A stretch of 64,000 nt of DNA. Origin: Candidatus Latescibacterota bacterium (GTDB lineage: Bacteria; Latescibacterota; UBA2968; GCA-2709665). Made by a program: the position numbers and the translations under genes. Positions 19,922-28,832 of this stretch are shown here, piece after piece. The notes beneath the pieces were generated by a model. That model made no database searches. It was not told the DNA's origin and saw only the letters and a list, made by a program, of their open reading frames with translations. The stretch lies in assembly GCA_965205485.1 (NCBI GenBank), contig OZ242180.1, forward strand, positions 3,744,001 through 3,808,000, read 5' to 3'. Position 1 is the stretch's first letter. Each line of letters opens with the position of its first letter.

Positions 19922-19995
19922 TAGCGGTGACAAAAGACAATTCCAAGCCTTGTGGATCCAAAATAGGCCGGGCAACTGTTGTTCCGCTGTCTATT

Positions 19996-21078
19996 CTACT
20001 TTGGAAGTGCCGAAGGCAATTCTTTCAGTTGTAGCTGTCGTCTATCTTCAACTTGTATAACCTCTGACGAACCATCGCTGGCACGTAAGGCCATTGCTGG
20101 CGCGGGAGGATAGTTTAAGGGAGCCTTATTGTAATCGTCCCATTCAAATGACAGCAGTTCGGTTTCCGGTATTAGCTGGTTTTCATTCAGACGAAAACCC
20201 TGATAACGAAGAATCGGCCAATCGTTTCGATCCTCTGTGAACTCTACGGGGAGTGGAATAACAATGCGATGCTCACCGTTTTCCATTGGCTGTGTCCATA
20301 GGCGGTTTAAATTACCATCTTGAAACACTGGAAACGAAACTTCGTCGATAAGTTTCAACTCTGAAGTTTCGTCATACCGATAGACACCCAGCTTTGGATC
20401 CAGTTCAACGGTGTAGTCCTTGTCCCACTGACCCGATCTAAATGCCACAACTTCATCCCGACCATCGGCATTCAGGTCAATAACCTTTGTTCGCAGATAT
20501 GTTTCACCCATACTCGCCTTAGCGAGTAAGTCAAAGCCTCGTCCATTCCATGACAGTACTTCGATATCAATGGGCCCCGTCCCACCCGGGTTTGTATGCC
20601 CTACTGGCAGGGAACAGAGAATAACTTCGTCTCTCCCGTCGCCGGTCACATCTCCTGTCTGTCCCCATATGCCAGAAAAGTGTGAGACTTCTGTCTGCCT
20701 GAGAATGTCGTTCTTCCACTGGTATACAACCAGGCCTGGATTGTCCACACTTGTAGAACTGTCGTATATTTCATTGACAATTACGAGTTCTGATACTTTG
20801 TCGCCGTTTAAATCGGCTTTGAGCCAACCGCTCGGGTTGCGCAGGTTTATCGAGAACTTGCCCACTTCTTGCCGTGTTGCAACATCAAAAATAACAAGAT
20901 ATGGTGTATGGGTTTCGCGCTCCCACACTCTCATCAACACTTGCTGTTGGCCAGTTCCCCTGAAGTCTGCGAGAAAGGTTTCCTGAATACGCTCTCCTGG
21001 GCTAACAGAATAGAGAAAGGAGGCCTGAGAAAAGACCATTGTCGGCCACAATGCAACAATTATGATGAGCAGTTTCAT
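19996..21078 (-). CDS. Secreted FG-GAP/VCBS-repeat protein
   Basis: Signal peptide; repeated DxxGDGxDE motifs (DLNGDKVSE, DVTGDGRDE, DLNADGRDE); lower GC. Confidence 0.75.
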   Translation of the reverse strand: MKLLIIIVALWPTMVFSQASFLYSVSPGERIQETFLADFRGTGQQQVLMRVWERETHTPYLVIFDVATRQEVGKFSINLRNPSGWLKADLNGDKVSELVIVNEIYDSSTSVDNPGLVVYQWKNDILRQTEVSHFSGIWGQTGDVTGDGRDEVILCSLPVGHTNPGGTGPIDIEVLSWNGRGFDLLAKASMGETYLRTKVIDLNADGRDEVVAFRSGQWDKDYTVELDPKLGVYRYDETSELKLIDEVSFPVFQDGNLNRLWTQPMENGEHRIVIPLPVEFTEDRNDWPILRYQGFRLNENQLIPETELLSFEWDDYNKAPLNYPPAPAMALRASDGSSEVIQVEDRRQLQLKELPSALPK

Positions 21079-21185
21079 CCCGACGTCCCATTTTCGAATC
21101 GGCGAATCGCACGACCCGACTCGCCCAAACGCATACGCGTCAATACCTGGCGATACCGATACATCTTGAACCTCCGGTTTGCCAT
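21075..21185 (-). pseudogene. istA: 5' stub of an IS21-family IstA transposase
   Basis: SD AGGAGGT, then MANRRFKMYRYRQVLTRMRLGESGRAI; after a frameshift 'KMGRR'. Matches the IstA N-terminus pattern MANRRFEMYxYRQVLxRMRxGxSDRxIA. Confidence 0.75.
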
Positions 21186-21263
21186 GTCCTTACCTCCTGA
21201 ATGTCGGGGAGACACTCAGAAGGTAGAAACGTTGCCGGAAAGTCCGAAACCTCAATCGTATCT

Positions 21264-21393
21264 CAGGTGGCCCAATTGGGCCGATCTTCAACTGGTCCGA
21301 TTAAGCCGATCCTGAAGTGGCCTGATTGGGCCGATCTTGCAGTGGCCGCATTAGGCGGATCCTGTAATGGCCGCATATGGGCGATCATTAACA
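21264..21393 (-). mobile_element. IS21-family left end (five ~25-bp repeats, terminal TG)
   Basis: Minus strand begins TGTTAATGATCGCCCATATGCGGCCA; followed ~80 nt later by the istA start. Confidence 0.7.
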
Positions 21394-21570
21394 CGCTGGC
21401 TCGCAAGTACGGGTTTTCCGGCAGTTACTCGTCCATCCGTCTTTTTTTTGTTGGAACAGACCCGTCCGCGGGTCACGACGGTTCTGGGTTTCTCGCCCGG
21501 CGACGCTGTGCAGTTGGGTTTTGGCGCCGGTCCACGTATTCAGGGCGTGCATTTGGGCCAGGTATGCTCG
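21394..21570 (+). pseudogene. istA: Internal frameshifted fragment of IS21-family istA
   Basis: LARKYGFSGSYSSIR and, in another frame, PRVTTVLGFSPGDAVQLGFGAGPRI..VHLGQV (IstA 'GSYSSV...PGEAAQVDFG' region). Confidence 0.7.
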
Positions 21571-21575
21571 ATCAG

Positions 21576-22580
21576 CTAGTAAAGAATAAGCTGTCGCTCA
21601 TTGCTCTTGGAATCCCGTGGCTGGCTAAGGATCAGATTTGTAGATACCTGTACGGGCTCCCAATTGGCTAAGTCGGTTTCCGGTAATTCCATTTGTGCTA
21701 TCTTGGAGAATCCGCTACCGAGGGGGAGAACAGTTGGGTTTATGCTTCCTGATTCGAACTGTAGTAATTGGCCGTTACTAACCGATAGTTTTGGAATTGG
21801 TGAAAGGCTATTGTCCAGATTTGCCAACGTGTGGGCCGGTGCCACTCCGCGGTCAAGATCATAGACCAATACCGACCGACCCAAATCGTTATCGCTATCG
21901 TCCTGGTGAATGAGGGCCTCATCTCTGCCGTCGTTGTCAATGTCGCCAAGGATCAATTGATACCAGTGATCCCCTGAGTCGAGTGTGACCCCTGTTCCCT
22001 GAACGTGAAAAATACCGTTTTGCCATCGGCCAATTTTCACTTCCAGTTCAAGCCAACCCATTTCTTCAGAATCGGAATAGGAATCATATTGTTCTGTGAA
22101 CACAACTTCGTTCTGTCGATCGCCGTCAATGTCGCCGATCGCAATGTGATGCGTTAAGGTTTTGCGAGGGACAATGTGCCTTTGATACTGATTTGCGCCA
22201 ACACTCAGATAAATTGCAAAGTAACGGGAGAGTGTATCTCCTAACTCAGCAAGGCCAATTCCAGCTACGACGAAATCCAACTGACCGTCCCCATTCAAGT
22301 CATTAGCGTCATAGCTGTTTGTGTGGGAAAAGGTCCTGTTATCTTCCCACGCCTTTTTAAGCCGTCCGTTTACGATATCCAATACAATGACGCCTCCCGT
22401 GTGAACAGGCGTAAGTTGATATTTCCAAAATCCGATCACCCGTTCTGTCCCGTTTGGCAATTGCTCTAACACTGCCTTGCGAATGCCCTTGAGTTCCGGA
22501 CCTGTAAAGGTTCGCACCTGGGCGAACGTCGATTGCGTTAGACCCAGAGCGAGTCCGGCTGCAAGAACCAAAAGCTTCAT
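21576..22580 (-). CDS. Secreted FG-GAP/VCBS-repeat protein
   Basis: Signal peptide 'MKLLVLAAGLALGLTQSTFA'; DLNGDGQLD, DIDGDRQNE, DIDNDGRDE. Confidence 0.8.
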   Translation of the reverse strand: MKLLVLAAGLALGLTQSTFAQVRTFTGPELKGIRKAVLEQLPNGTERVIGFWKYQLTPVHTGGVIVLDIVNGRLKKAWEDNRTFSHTNSYDANDLNGDGQLDFVVAGIGLAELGDTLSRYFAIYLSVGANQYQRHIVPRKTLTHHIAIGDIDGDRQNEVVFTEQYDSYSDSEEMGWLELEVKIGRWQNGIFHVQGTGVTLDSGDHWYQLILGDIDNDGRDEALIHQDDSDNDLGRSVLVYDLDRGVAPAHTLANLDNSLSPIPKLSVSNGQLLQFESGSINPTVLPLGSGFSKIAQMELPETDLANWEPVQVSTNLILSQPRDSKSNERQLILY

Positions 22581-22631
22581 GGCAAGGATCCTTTTTTGGT
22601 TGGAAATCCATCCTTCCTGTCCCTGGTTCTA

Positions 22632-23096
22632 TTATGGATCAAATGCAGTTGCTGTTCCCCAATAAGTGATCGTAAAAAGGCCTGACGAAACGCTCTCAAA
22701 GTAGTGAAGGTCCTCAGGCCCATCGAGAATGCGAAGTGCTTCAGGCACCTTGCGCTGGTCACCTACTTTGACCCATCCTCCACCCCTGGGATCAACCAAC
22801 GTGTGGAAGATATTACTCTTATTGTAAATCAACTGCCGATTTTCACGGCTTTTCCAAAAATAAGATCGCCCAATCTTGACAATTTCAACCCTATTCTTCA
22901 ACCGATCTGCAATCTCAAGAACTTCGCGTTTTGTCTCCCCCCGATGTGACACGATCCGAATTTCAGGGTGGGCATATAATACCAAATGCTCCAGTTCCTC
23001 TGGTCCCAATGGATTCACATACACCACAGATACGACGAGAGCCAAGACAAGACTATTCAGGACAACACCTCTCTTCCTTGTGTTGATCATCCGCAC
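22632..23096 (-). CDS. Hypothetical secreted/membrane-anchored protein
   Basis: SD AAGGAG, N-terminal hydrophobic segment, 154 aa. Confidence 0.6.
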   Translation of the reverse strand: MRMINTRKRGVVLNSLVLALVVSVVYVNPLGPEELEHLVLYAHPEIRIVSHRGETKREVLEIADRLKNRVEIVKIGRSYFWKSRENRQLIYNKSNIFHTLVDPRGGGWVKVGDQRKVPEALRILDGPEDLHYFESVSSGLFTITYWGTATAFDP

Positions 23097-23278
23097 AACT
23101 CCTTGTTTTGCAGAATTTCGTTGATCATTTCGCGCACGATTCGCTCAACCTGGAAGAGCGAATTCGCTCCACGGGCATAGTGCCTGATGGCCAGTTCGTT
23201 AACACTATTCACCAGGTGCTGTGCGCCCACATTGTGCCACATTTCGTGGTAGCGAATCTTACGCAGACTACAAGACAT
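23087..23278 (-). pseudogene. Orphan fragment with zinc-metallopeptidase motif HExxHxxGxxH
   Basis: 'YHEMWHNVGAQH' in a 63-aa ORF overlapping the start of the next gene. Confidence 0.4.
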
Positions 23279-23320
23279 CTGGGTAATTGTCGACGTTGTA
23301 GACGAATAAGCCCGTCGCCG

Positions 23321-23851
23321 TCATTCAACACACTTCCCGTCCGGCTTGTTCACCTCGTTCCACTCCTCGATGAATTGGTCCGTCAGTTCGCGTACGGAAG
23401 ACAGAATGCGCCGGGTGCTTGTCCCGTGGATACCAAACGCCTCGGTCCGCCAGGTCTGGGTATAGTTCAACTGCCCGGACAGGGGCTCATGGACCCACTT
23501 CTTCAATTCAATCAGTACGTAGAATGACTGTCCGATCACGTTGACGTGCGCGTACAGGTGCGGCAGGAAGACAACCGACCCCTTAGAGAACCCGAAGAAA
23601 CTGGATTGATACAGCCCGGCGGAAAGCAACCTGGAGTCGACCGCGGCGACGATCTCGTTTCTCGTGAGACCTGTTTCCTCCGCATCCTGAGACTTATACT
23701 CAACCACGAGGGAAACGCCCACGCATTTCGTGTACAGTCTGAATTCCTCTATCGAACCCCTGGTCTCGGCCCGTTTTTCCGACGCCGCACAGACACCTGC
23801 AGCAATCGCGACCAGCGCAGCAACAACCACGACTCGCGTCTTCATATTCAA
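23321..23851 (-). CDS. Hypothetical secreted protein
   Basis: Signal peptide 'KTRVVVVAALVAIAAGVCAA', SD GAGG, 176 aa. Confidence 0.7.
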   Translation of the reverse strand: MNMKTRVVVVAALVAIAAGVCAASEKRAETRGSIEEFRLYTKCVGVSLVVEYKSQDAEETGLTRNEIVAAVDSRLLSAGLYQSSFFGFSKGSVVFLPHLYAHVNVIGQSFYVLIELKKWVHEPLSGQLNYTQTWRTEAFGIHGTSTRRILSSVRELTDQFIEEWNEVNKPDGKCVE

Positions 23852-23971
23852 TTTCCTCTGAAACCAAACAAAGCAAATCCTTCTGCGGGAACCGTTTCGA
23901 ATTCACACAAGCAAAATCAAGTAGCTGTGGGTGAGTGGAGTTAAAGACATCTATGCCGACACGGCGGTCGA

Positions 23972-24874
23972 TCAAACCGTCGTTATGTTCTCCAAACATG
24001 ATTCTACAATCTTCGTCGGGCTTCGTAGAATGAAATCGGAACAGAACTCCCCATTCTCCCGAATACAATACACATACCACGTACCGGAGTTATTGGACGT
24101 ATCCACGTAGTAAATGTCGTCCGAAAAACGGATGTTTTCGGAAAGCCGATCACATAAATTGGAAATCACGTTTCGGACAGTAAACGCATGAATCAGGATA
24201 TCATTTTTCTCGAGTATTAAAATCGTGCGTGCGCCTTCGTTCCTGCATTCGGATAGCTTGGGTAATTTCTCTTGAGTTGCCTTTTCCATACTACAGACAA
24301 AAAGGGTATCAATGTCGTCAGGCAAAAACCTACCTACCCGACTAACCGGATACGCATCAATGGATTTGGGAGCCATTAAATGGCACGTAAGCATTACTTC
24401 GTACGGAAACCCATCTGGCCGACCCCGGATTGAGAATTCACGTTTGATAGTCTCAGATTTCACTTTTTCATACAAGCCCAATGCGTTTTCTCGAACCCAT
24501 TCCGCTAATTTACTTCGGTGAGATTCAAGCTTAGCCCTTTTCGTCTTCAAGTACCTATCACTCGGAAGAGTCACCGAATAGACTGCGTCTTGAGGAACAA
24601 CCCCGGACAAGGCATCTTCCACAACATCGGAAAATCCTTCTAACGGGATGCTGTTTGCGTACTCCCCCTCGAACGGCTCAACGAAAGTATGTTCAAGCGC
24701 ATACTCCTGTGACCCCAATCTCAGACGTAGCTCGACTTTAGGACCTGGAAATTCAGGTGTATCCTCGGGAGACCAGACGTCGCTTCGAGTCTCACCTGTT
24801 TTTTCTTCCAGAATCCTGATCACGGCATCGCAACACTTCCGCTCATTGGATATCTTATGCATGTCTCTCCTCAT
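23972..24874 (-). CDS. Hypothetical protein, possible PD-(D/E)XK-like fold
   Basis: 300-aa ORF of lower GC; 'VELRLRLGSQEYALEHT' resembles a nuclease core; SD GAGGAG near MHK start. Confidence 0.6.
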   Translation of the reverse strand: MRRDMHKISNERKCCDAVIRILEEKTGETRSDVWSPEDTPEFPGPKVELRLRLGSQEYALEHTFVEPFEGEYANSIPLEGFSDVVEDALSGVVPQDAVYSVTLPSDRYLKTKRAKLESHRSKLAEWVRENALGLYEKVKSETIKREFSIRGRPDGFPYEVMLTCHLMAPKSIDAYPVSRVGRFLPDDIDTLFVCSMEKATQEKLPKLSECRNEGARTILILEKNDILIHAFTVRNVISNLCDRLSENIRFSDDIYYVDTSNNSGTWYVYCIRENGEFCSDFILRSPTKIVESCLENITTV

Positions 24875-25083
24875 GCATTGGCGGGCCGTTTTTGCTTCTA
24901 CACCCTTCGCCGACCCTTCGACAAGCTCAGTGCAGGCAGCACAAGCAGGACAGCGGCTTAGGATCCAAGGCCGAGGATGTGAAATAATATAAACTACTGG
25001 ATGCTCATTCGTCGCAAAGACGCCAATCAGGGTCTTTCATTGGTTTTTATCAGCCTTTAGTCCTGCTTAATCCTTAATCCTGC

Positions 25084-26304
25084 TTAATCCTGGTCCGGTT
25101 TTTGTCTCCCCTCGCGCCGGTCTTCGATTTCCTGTTCAACGTTTCCGGGTAACTCATTCTCTTTGAGTTCGATACGGTCCGCTTTTTCTCCGATCACGAT
25201 ACCGATCCGTTGTTTGCCGTCCGGTGAATTGCCGATGCGGTTGTTGACGAAGGTCAGGTCGCGGGTCTCGCCCAGGATGCGGATGCCGCAGCCCTCCGGT
25301 CCCTCTCCGTTGTCCAGTATTTCATTCCTCTCGAAGTAATTCCGATGCCCCGCCATCGGTTCGGATTCATCGCGGAAGAGCACGCCCTCACATCCGTTTC
25401 CGTTGACCTCATTGTTCAGAAACGTGTTGTCGGTATCCTTGTGGCCGATGGAGATCCCGGTCTCACCGTTTTCATTGAGACGGTTGTTTTCGAAGATCCC
25501 GTTCTTCACCCGCCAGCAGAGAAACAGCCCGATGCGTCCGTTCCCGCTCGAACGGCAGTTGCGGATGGCGGGCGAGCCGCTTCCGCTGCCCGGGTGCAGG
25601 CCCAGGTGGGTATTCCCGCTGCAAACGCAGTCTTCGACTGACACGTCGTTGCTTTGCTGGAAGCTGATCCCGTCGCCGTTGTAGTCTTGGATCGTACATG
25701 CGGTGATTCTCGTCCCATGGCTGCGGTACAGGAAGATGCCCGCGCCCCTGCAACCGTTGAGGTACGGGTTGTTTTCCTTGTTGCCCCGGATCGCCAGGTT
25801 TTCGATGCAAGCGCCGGTGACGCCGTAGCCGCTGATGACCGGAAACGTGGTTGCCGTGCGGGCGTTTCGTGACACGAGGTAGTCGCCCAGCATGGGCTTG
25901 CCGGCGCCGAATGTGTTGCCGTCCGCCCAGATCAGCGTGCAGACGACGGTGTGAAATCCGCCCGAGTTGTCGTCCGTTACGCTCACGCCCACACCGGGCG
26001 CGAAGCCCGCGGCGTCGGCAACCGTGATCTGTTCCTCGCCGTAGTCCCCGTCGAGCGTGAGCGGGCTTTCAACCGCATCCGCCTTGAAGAGAACGGATTC
26101 CGGCCCCTGTCCGCGGACGGTGACGCGGTTTCTCAGGTGCAGCGAGTCCCGCATCGTATAGGTCCCGGGGCCGATCTCCACGGTCCCGCCGCCCAGGCCC
26201 GCGATATAGTCCACGGCCGCCTGGAGCGCCCGGTTGTCATTCCCGTTTATATCGGCATCGGACTGCCCGACGGTGACGGTAGGGGTACAACGATTGGTGG
26301 CCAT
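25084..26304 (-). CDS. Right-handed parallel beta-helix (pectin lyase fold) protein
   Basis: 'ALQAAVD...GGGTVEIGPGTY', repeated NxxxGI/N-ladder motifs; SD GAGGAG. Confidence 0.85.
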   Translation of the reverse strand: MATNRCTPTVTVGQSDADINGNDNRALQAAVDYIAGLGGGTVEIGPGTYTMRDSLHLRNRVTVRGQGPESVLFKADAVESPLTLDGDYGEEQITVADAAGFAPGVGVSVTDDNSGGFHTVVCTLIWADGNTFGAGKPMLGDYLVSRNARTATTFPVISGYGVTGACIENLAIRGNKENNPYLNGCRGAGIFLYRSHGTRITACTIQDYNGDGISFQQSNDVSVEDCVCSGNTHLGLHPGSGSGSPAIRNCRSSGNGRIGLFLCWRVKNGIFENNRLNENGETGISIGHKDTDNTFLNNEVNGNGCEGVLFRDESEPMAGHRNYFERNEILDNGEGPEGCGIRILGETRDLTFVNNRIGNSPDGKQRIGIVIGEKADRIELKENELPGNVEQEIEDRREGRQKPDQD

Positions 26305-26340
26305 TGTGACTCCTCGGCTGTTTTGCGTCGGCGGGACAGT

Positions 26341-27375
26341 CTACCTTATCCTGATATCATACTTTCCGGGCACGGTAACGGGCAGGTCTCCGCTGTCGAT
26401 CATCCGGTGCAGGGGCGAGGGTCCGGATGCGAGGGGGAAGGTGACCGTGTCGCGGATCCGGGCGGATTCGTAGAGGCCCATGAGGATCTCGATGGTCCCG
26501 CGGTTTGTCCGGATGGCGTTGCGGTGCTCGTCCACGCGGCCTTCCAGCCAGTCCACCAGTTCCGCGGCCTGCAGGATCCCGACGTCTGTCTCCTGCGCGG
26601 CGTCCACGTCCTGGCATCCCTCGTCATTGAGCAATCGCGCGCCCTTGGACGTGACGACCAGCGTGCCTTCCGTTCCCTGCAGCGTCATCGCGCCGTCCGG
26701 CGGCGCCGGTTCGGGCATATCGCTTTCGATCTGGATACGCGCGCCGTTTTCCAGCGCGACGATGCCCGCGCACAGATCTTCGATGGGGTCGTGCCGTTCG
26801 TGCCGGTCGGTGTGCCGCACCACCTGGCCGATCGCCCAGGCGGGCTCGGGATCGTCCATCAGGTACCGCGCGATGTCCACGAAGTGGGTGCCGTTGTTGA
26901 GCAGGCCGCCGGACGTGTGGCCGTGAAAGAGTACCGGCTGCCCGATCGCGCCGCCCAGCACGAGTTCCCGGCCCTTCACGCAGGCGCCGCGGAACCGGTG
27001 ATGGTGGCCCACGGCGATGCGGGTTCCGTTTCTTACCGCGGCATCGAGAATGCGGTCCACTTCCTCCAGGCTGCCTGCCAGCGGCTTTTCACTCAGGATT
27101 CCGGGGATGCCGGCCTCCGCGGCGGCAACCGCGATCTCCGCGTGTGTGTTCATCCACGTGCAGATGCTGAGGACGTCGATATCTTCCTTCCGGAACATGT
27201 CCGCAAAGTGGGTATAACGGTTCGATATGCCGAATTCATCCGCGCGGCTGTTCACGGCCTGCTCGCTGATGTCTGCAATGCAGGTCAGTTCCACGTCCGG
27301 ATGGGCCTGCCATGCGGTGATGTGTCTGCGAGAGATGCTTCCTGCGCCGACCACGCCGGCACGAAGGGATGCCAT
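26341..27375 (-). CDS. Gfo/Idh/MocA family oxidoreductase
   Basis: 'GVVGAGSI', 'SEKPLA', 'GHHHRF', 'GTHFVD'; SD AAAGGA. Confidence 0.9.
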   Translation of the reverse strand: MASLRAGVVGAGSISRRHITAWQAHPDVELTCIADISEQAVNSRADEFGISNRYTHFADMFRKEDIDVLSICTWMNTHAEIAVAAAEAGIPGILSEKPLAGSLEEVDRILDAAVRNGTRIAVGHHHRFRGACVKGRELVLGGAIGQPVLFHGHTSGGLLNNGTHFVDIARYLMDDPEPAWAIGQVVRHTDRHERHDPIEDLCAGIVALENGARIQIESDMPEPAPPDGAMTLQGTEGTLVVTSKGARLLNDEGCQDVDAAQETDVGILQAAELVDWLEGRVDEHRNAIRTNRGTIEILMGLYESARIRDTVTFPLASGPSPLHRMIDSGDLPVTVPGKYDIRIR

Positions 27376-27520
27376 AGCGTTCCTTTCAGCTGTTATTGTA
27401 ACCTGGTTTGAATTCCTGGCCGTCAATTCGCTTGACCCGCCGTCTCCGGCTCTGTTATCATACGAAAGAAACCGAATTCTGAACAGCAAAACACGGCTGA
27501 CAGGGAAAGGAGCCCCGTAC

Positions 27521-28660
27521 ATGTTGACTCTGGAAGGCTGCAGGGACCGGCAGAACAGGCTGCGTGAACAACTGAATGCGCAAGGTATAGATGCGGTCGT
27601 CTTGACGGACCATCTCGAGATATACTACCTGACCGGCGTGTTGTTGTGCGGATTCCCCGCGTTTCACTTCCCGGCTTTTCTGTATTTCGAAACGGATGGC
27701 GATTCCTGGCTGGCGGCACATACCGGGGAGGGCGACGCGCTGGTGGACGACCGGGTCACTTACGAATGGCACAACATGAGTACGATGAATCCCGATCCCG
27801 TCCGCCAGCTCGACAAGGCAGTGGCGTCAAGATTGAGCGGCGGGAAGCCGGTCTCCCGCATCGGGTGGCAGGAGGAGGGGCTCGACCGGCTGCTGGCGGA
27901 AACGGTGGACGCCAGGCTGTCGCCTGATGCCTGGGCGCCGGTCGATGACTTGCTGGCGGGCCTGCACAAAAGGAAGGACGCCGACGAACTGGCGCTTTTG
28001 CGAAAAAGCGTCGAAGTCGATCTGGCGGCATATACGCGCGCACAGGAAGTGATCGAACCCGGGGCGAACGAACTCGATGTGCTGGCCGAGGCGCAGCAGG
28101 CGGCGATGAAGGCGGCGGGGGAGGTGGTTTATCACGGGGGCGACTATCGCGCCGGCGTTATCGGCGGGACCGCGAGGGACCGAGAGATCGAAGCGGGGGA
28201 ACTCTACATCATAGACGCCCAGTCCACCTATCGCGGATACTGGTCGGATCTGGCGCGTACGTTCGCGGTCGGGGGGCAGCCCACGGACCTGCAGACGTCC
28301 GTCTACGAGCACCTTGCCGGCATTCTGCGCGACGTTCCGGGCCTGGTGAGACCCGGCGAGAGCGCAACCGCGCTGTGGAAGACGATCGACGCGCGCATTC
28401 GCGAGCACCCGCATCTGTCCGAAGCCGGGCTGATCCATCATGGGGGCCACGGGGTGGGGCTGCGCGCGCACGAGGCGCCGGACATCAACCGCGACCGGGA
28501 CGCGGTCTTTGAGGTCGGCGACGTGTTTTCCTGTGAACCGGGCGCCTACTGTGACGACCTGCGCGCGGGAATCCGTCTGGAGAATACGTTCGTGATAACC
28601 CCTGAGGGCGTGGAAACCCTTTCTGATTATCCTCTCGATGTCATGCCATTCAAGGGCTGA
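27521..28660 (+). CDS. Xaa-Pro peptidase (M24) family protein
   Basis: Metal ligands in 'IID...YWSDLART', 'HHGGHGVG..AHE', 'EPG', 'RLEN'; SD AAAGGAG. Confidence 0.88.
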   Translation: MLTLEGCRDRQNRLREQLNAQGIDAVVLTDHLEIYYLTGVLLCGFPAFHFPAFLYFETDGDSWLAAHTGEGDALVDDRVTYEWHNMSTMNPDPVRQLDKAVASRLSGGKPVSRIGWQEEGLDRLLAETVDARLSPDAWAPVDDLLAGLHKRKDADELALLRKSVEVDLAAYTRAQEVIEPGANELDVLAEAQQAAMKAAGEVVYHGGDYRAGVIGGTARDREIEAGELYIIDAQSTYRGYWSDLARTFAVGGQPTDLQTSVYEHLAGILRDVPGLVRPGESATALWKTIDARIREHPHLSEAGLIHHGGHGVGLRAHEAPDINRDRDAVFEVGDVFSCEPGAYCDDLRAGIRLENTFVITPEGVETLSDYPLDVMPFKG

Positions 28661-28832
28661 ATCGGCGGTGTATGGAACGGACCGGCGAATATTCAGTGGC
28701 GTGGCGTGTCAACGGCGGTCGCGTGCAATTTCGGTTGACTTCCGCTCGCCGACCGGACTAATTCTTACCGGGCTCCGATCGCCCTGAAACCGCCCTTCAT
28801 CATGATTTGCTGCGGCGTCTCAGGAGGCTGAA

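Noticed and set aside
19818..21393. The ~25-bp repeat arrays as CRISPR arrays, iterons or attC sites
   Set aside because: Units are contiguous and degenerate with no unique spacers, and no cas, rep or integrase gene is present; terminal TG/CA and adjacent istA fragments explain them as IS21 ends
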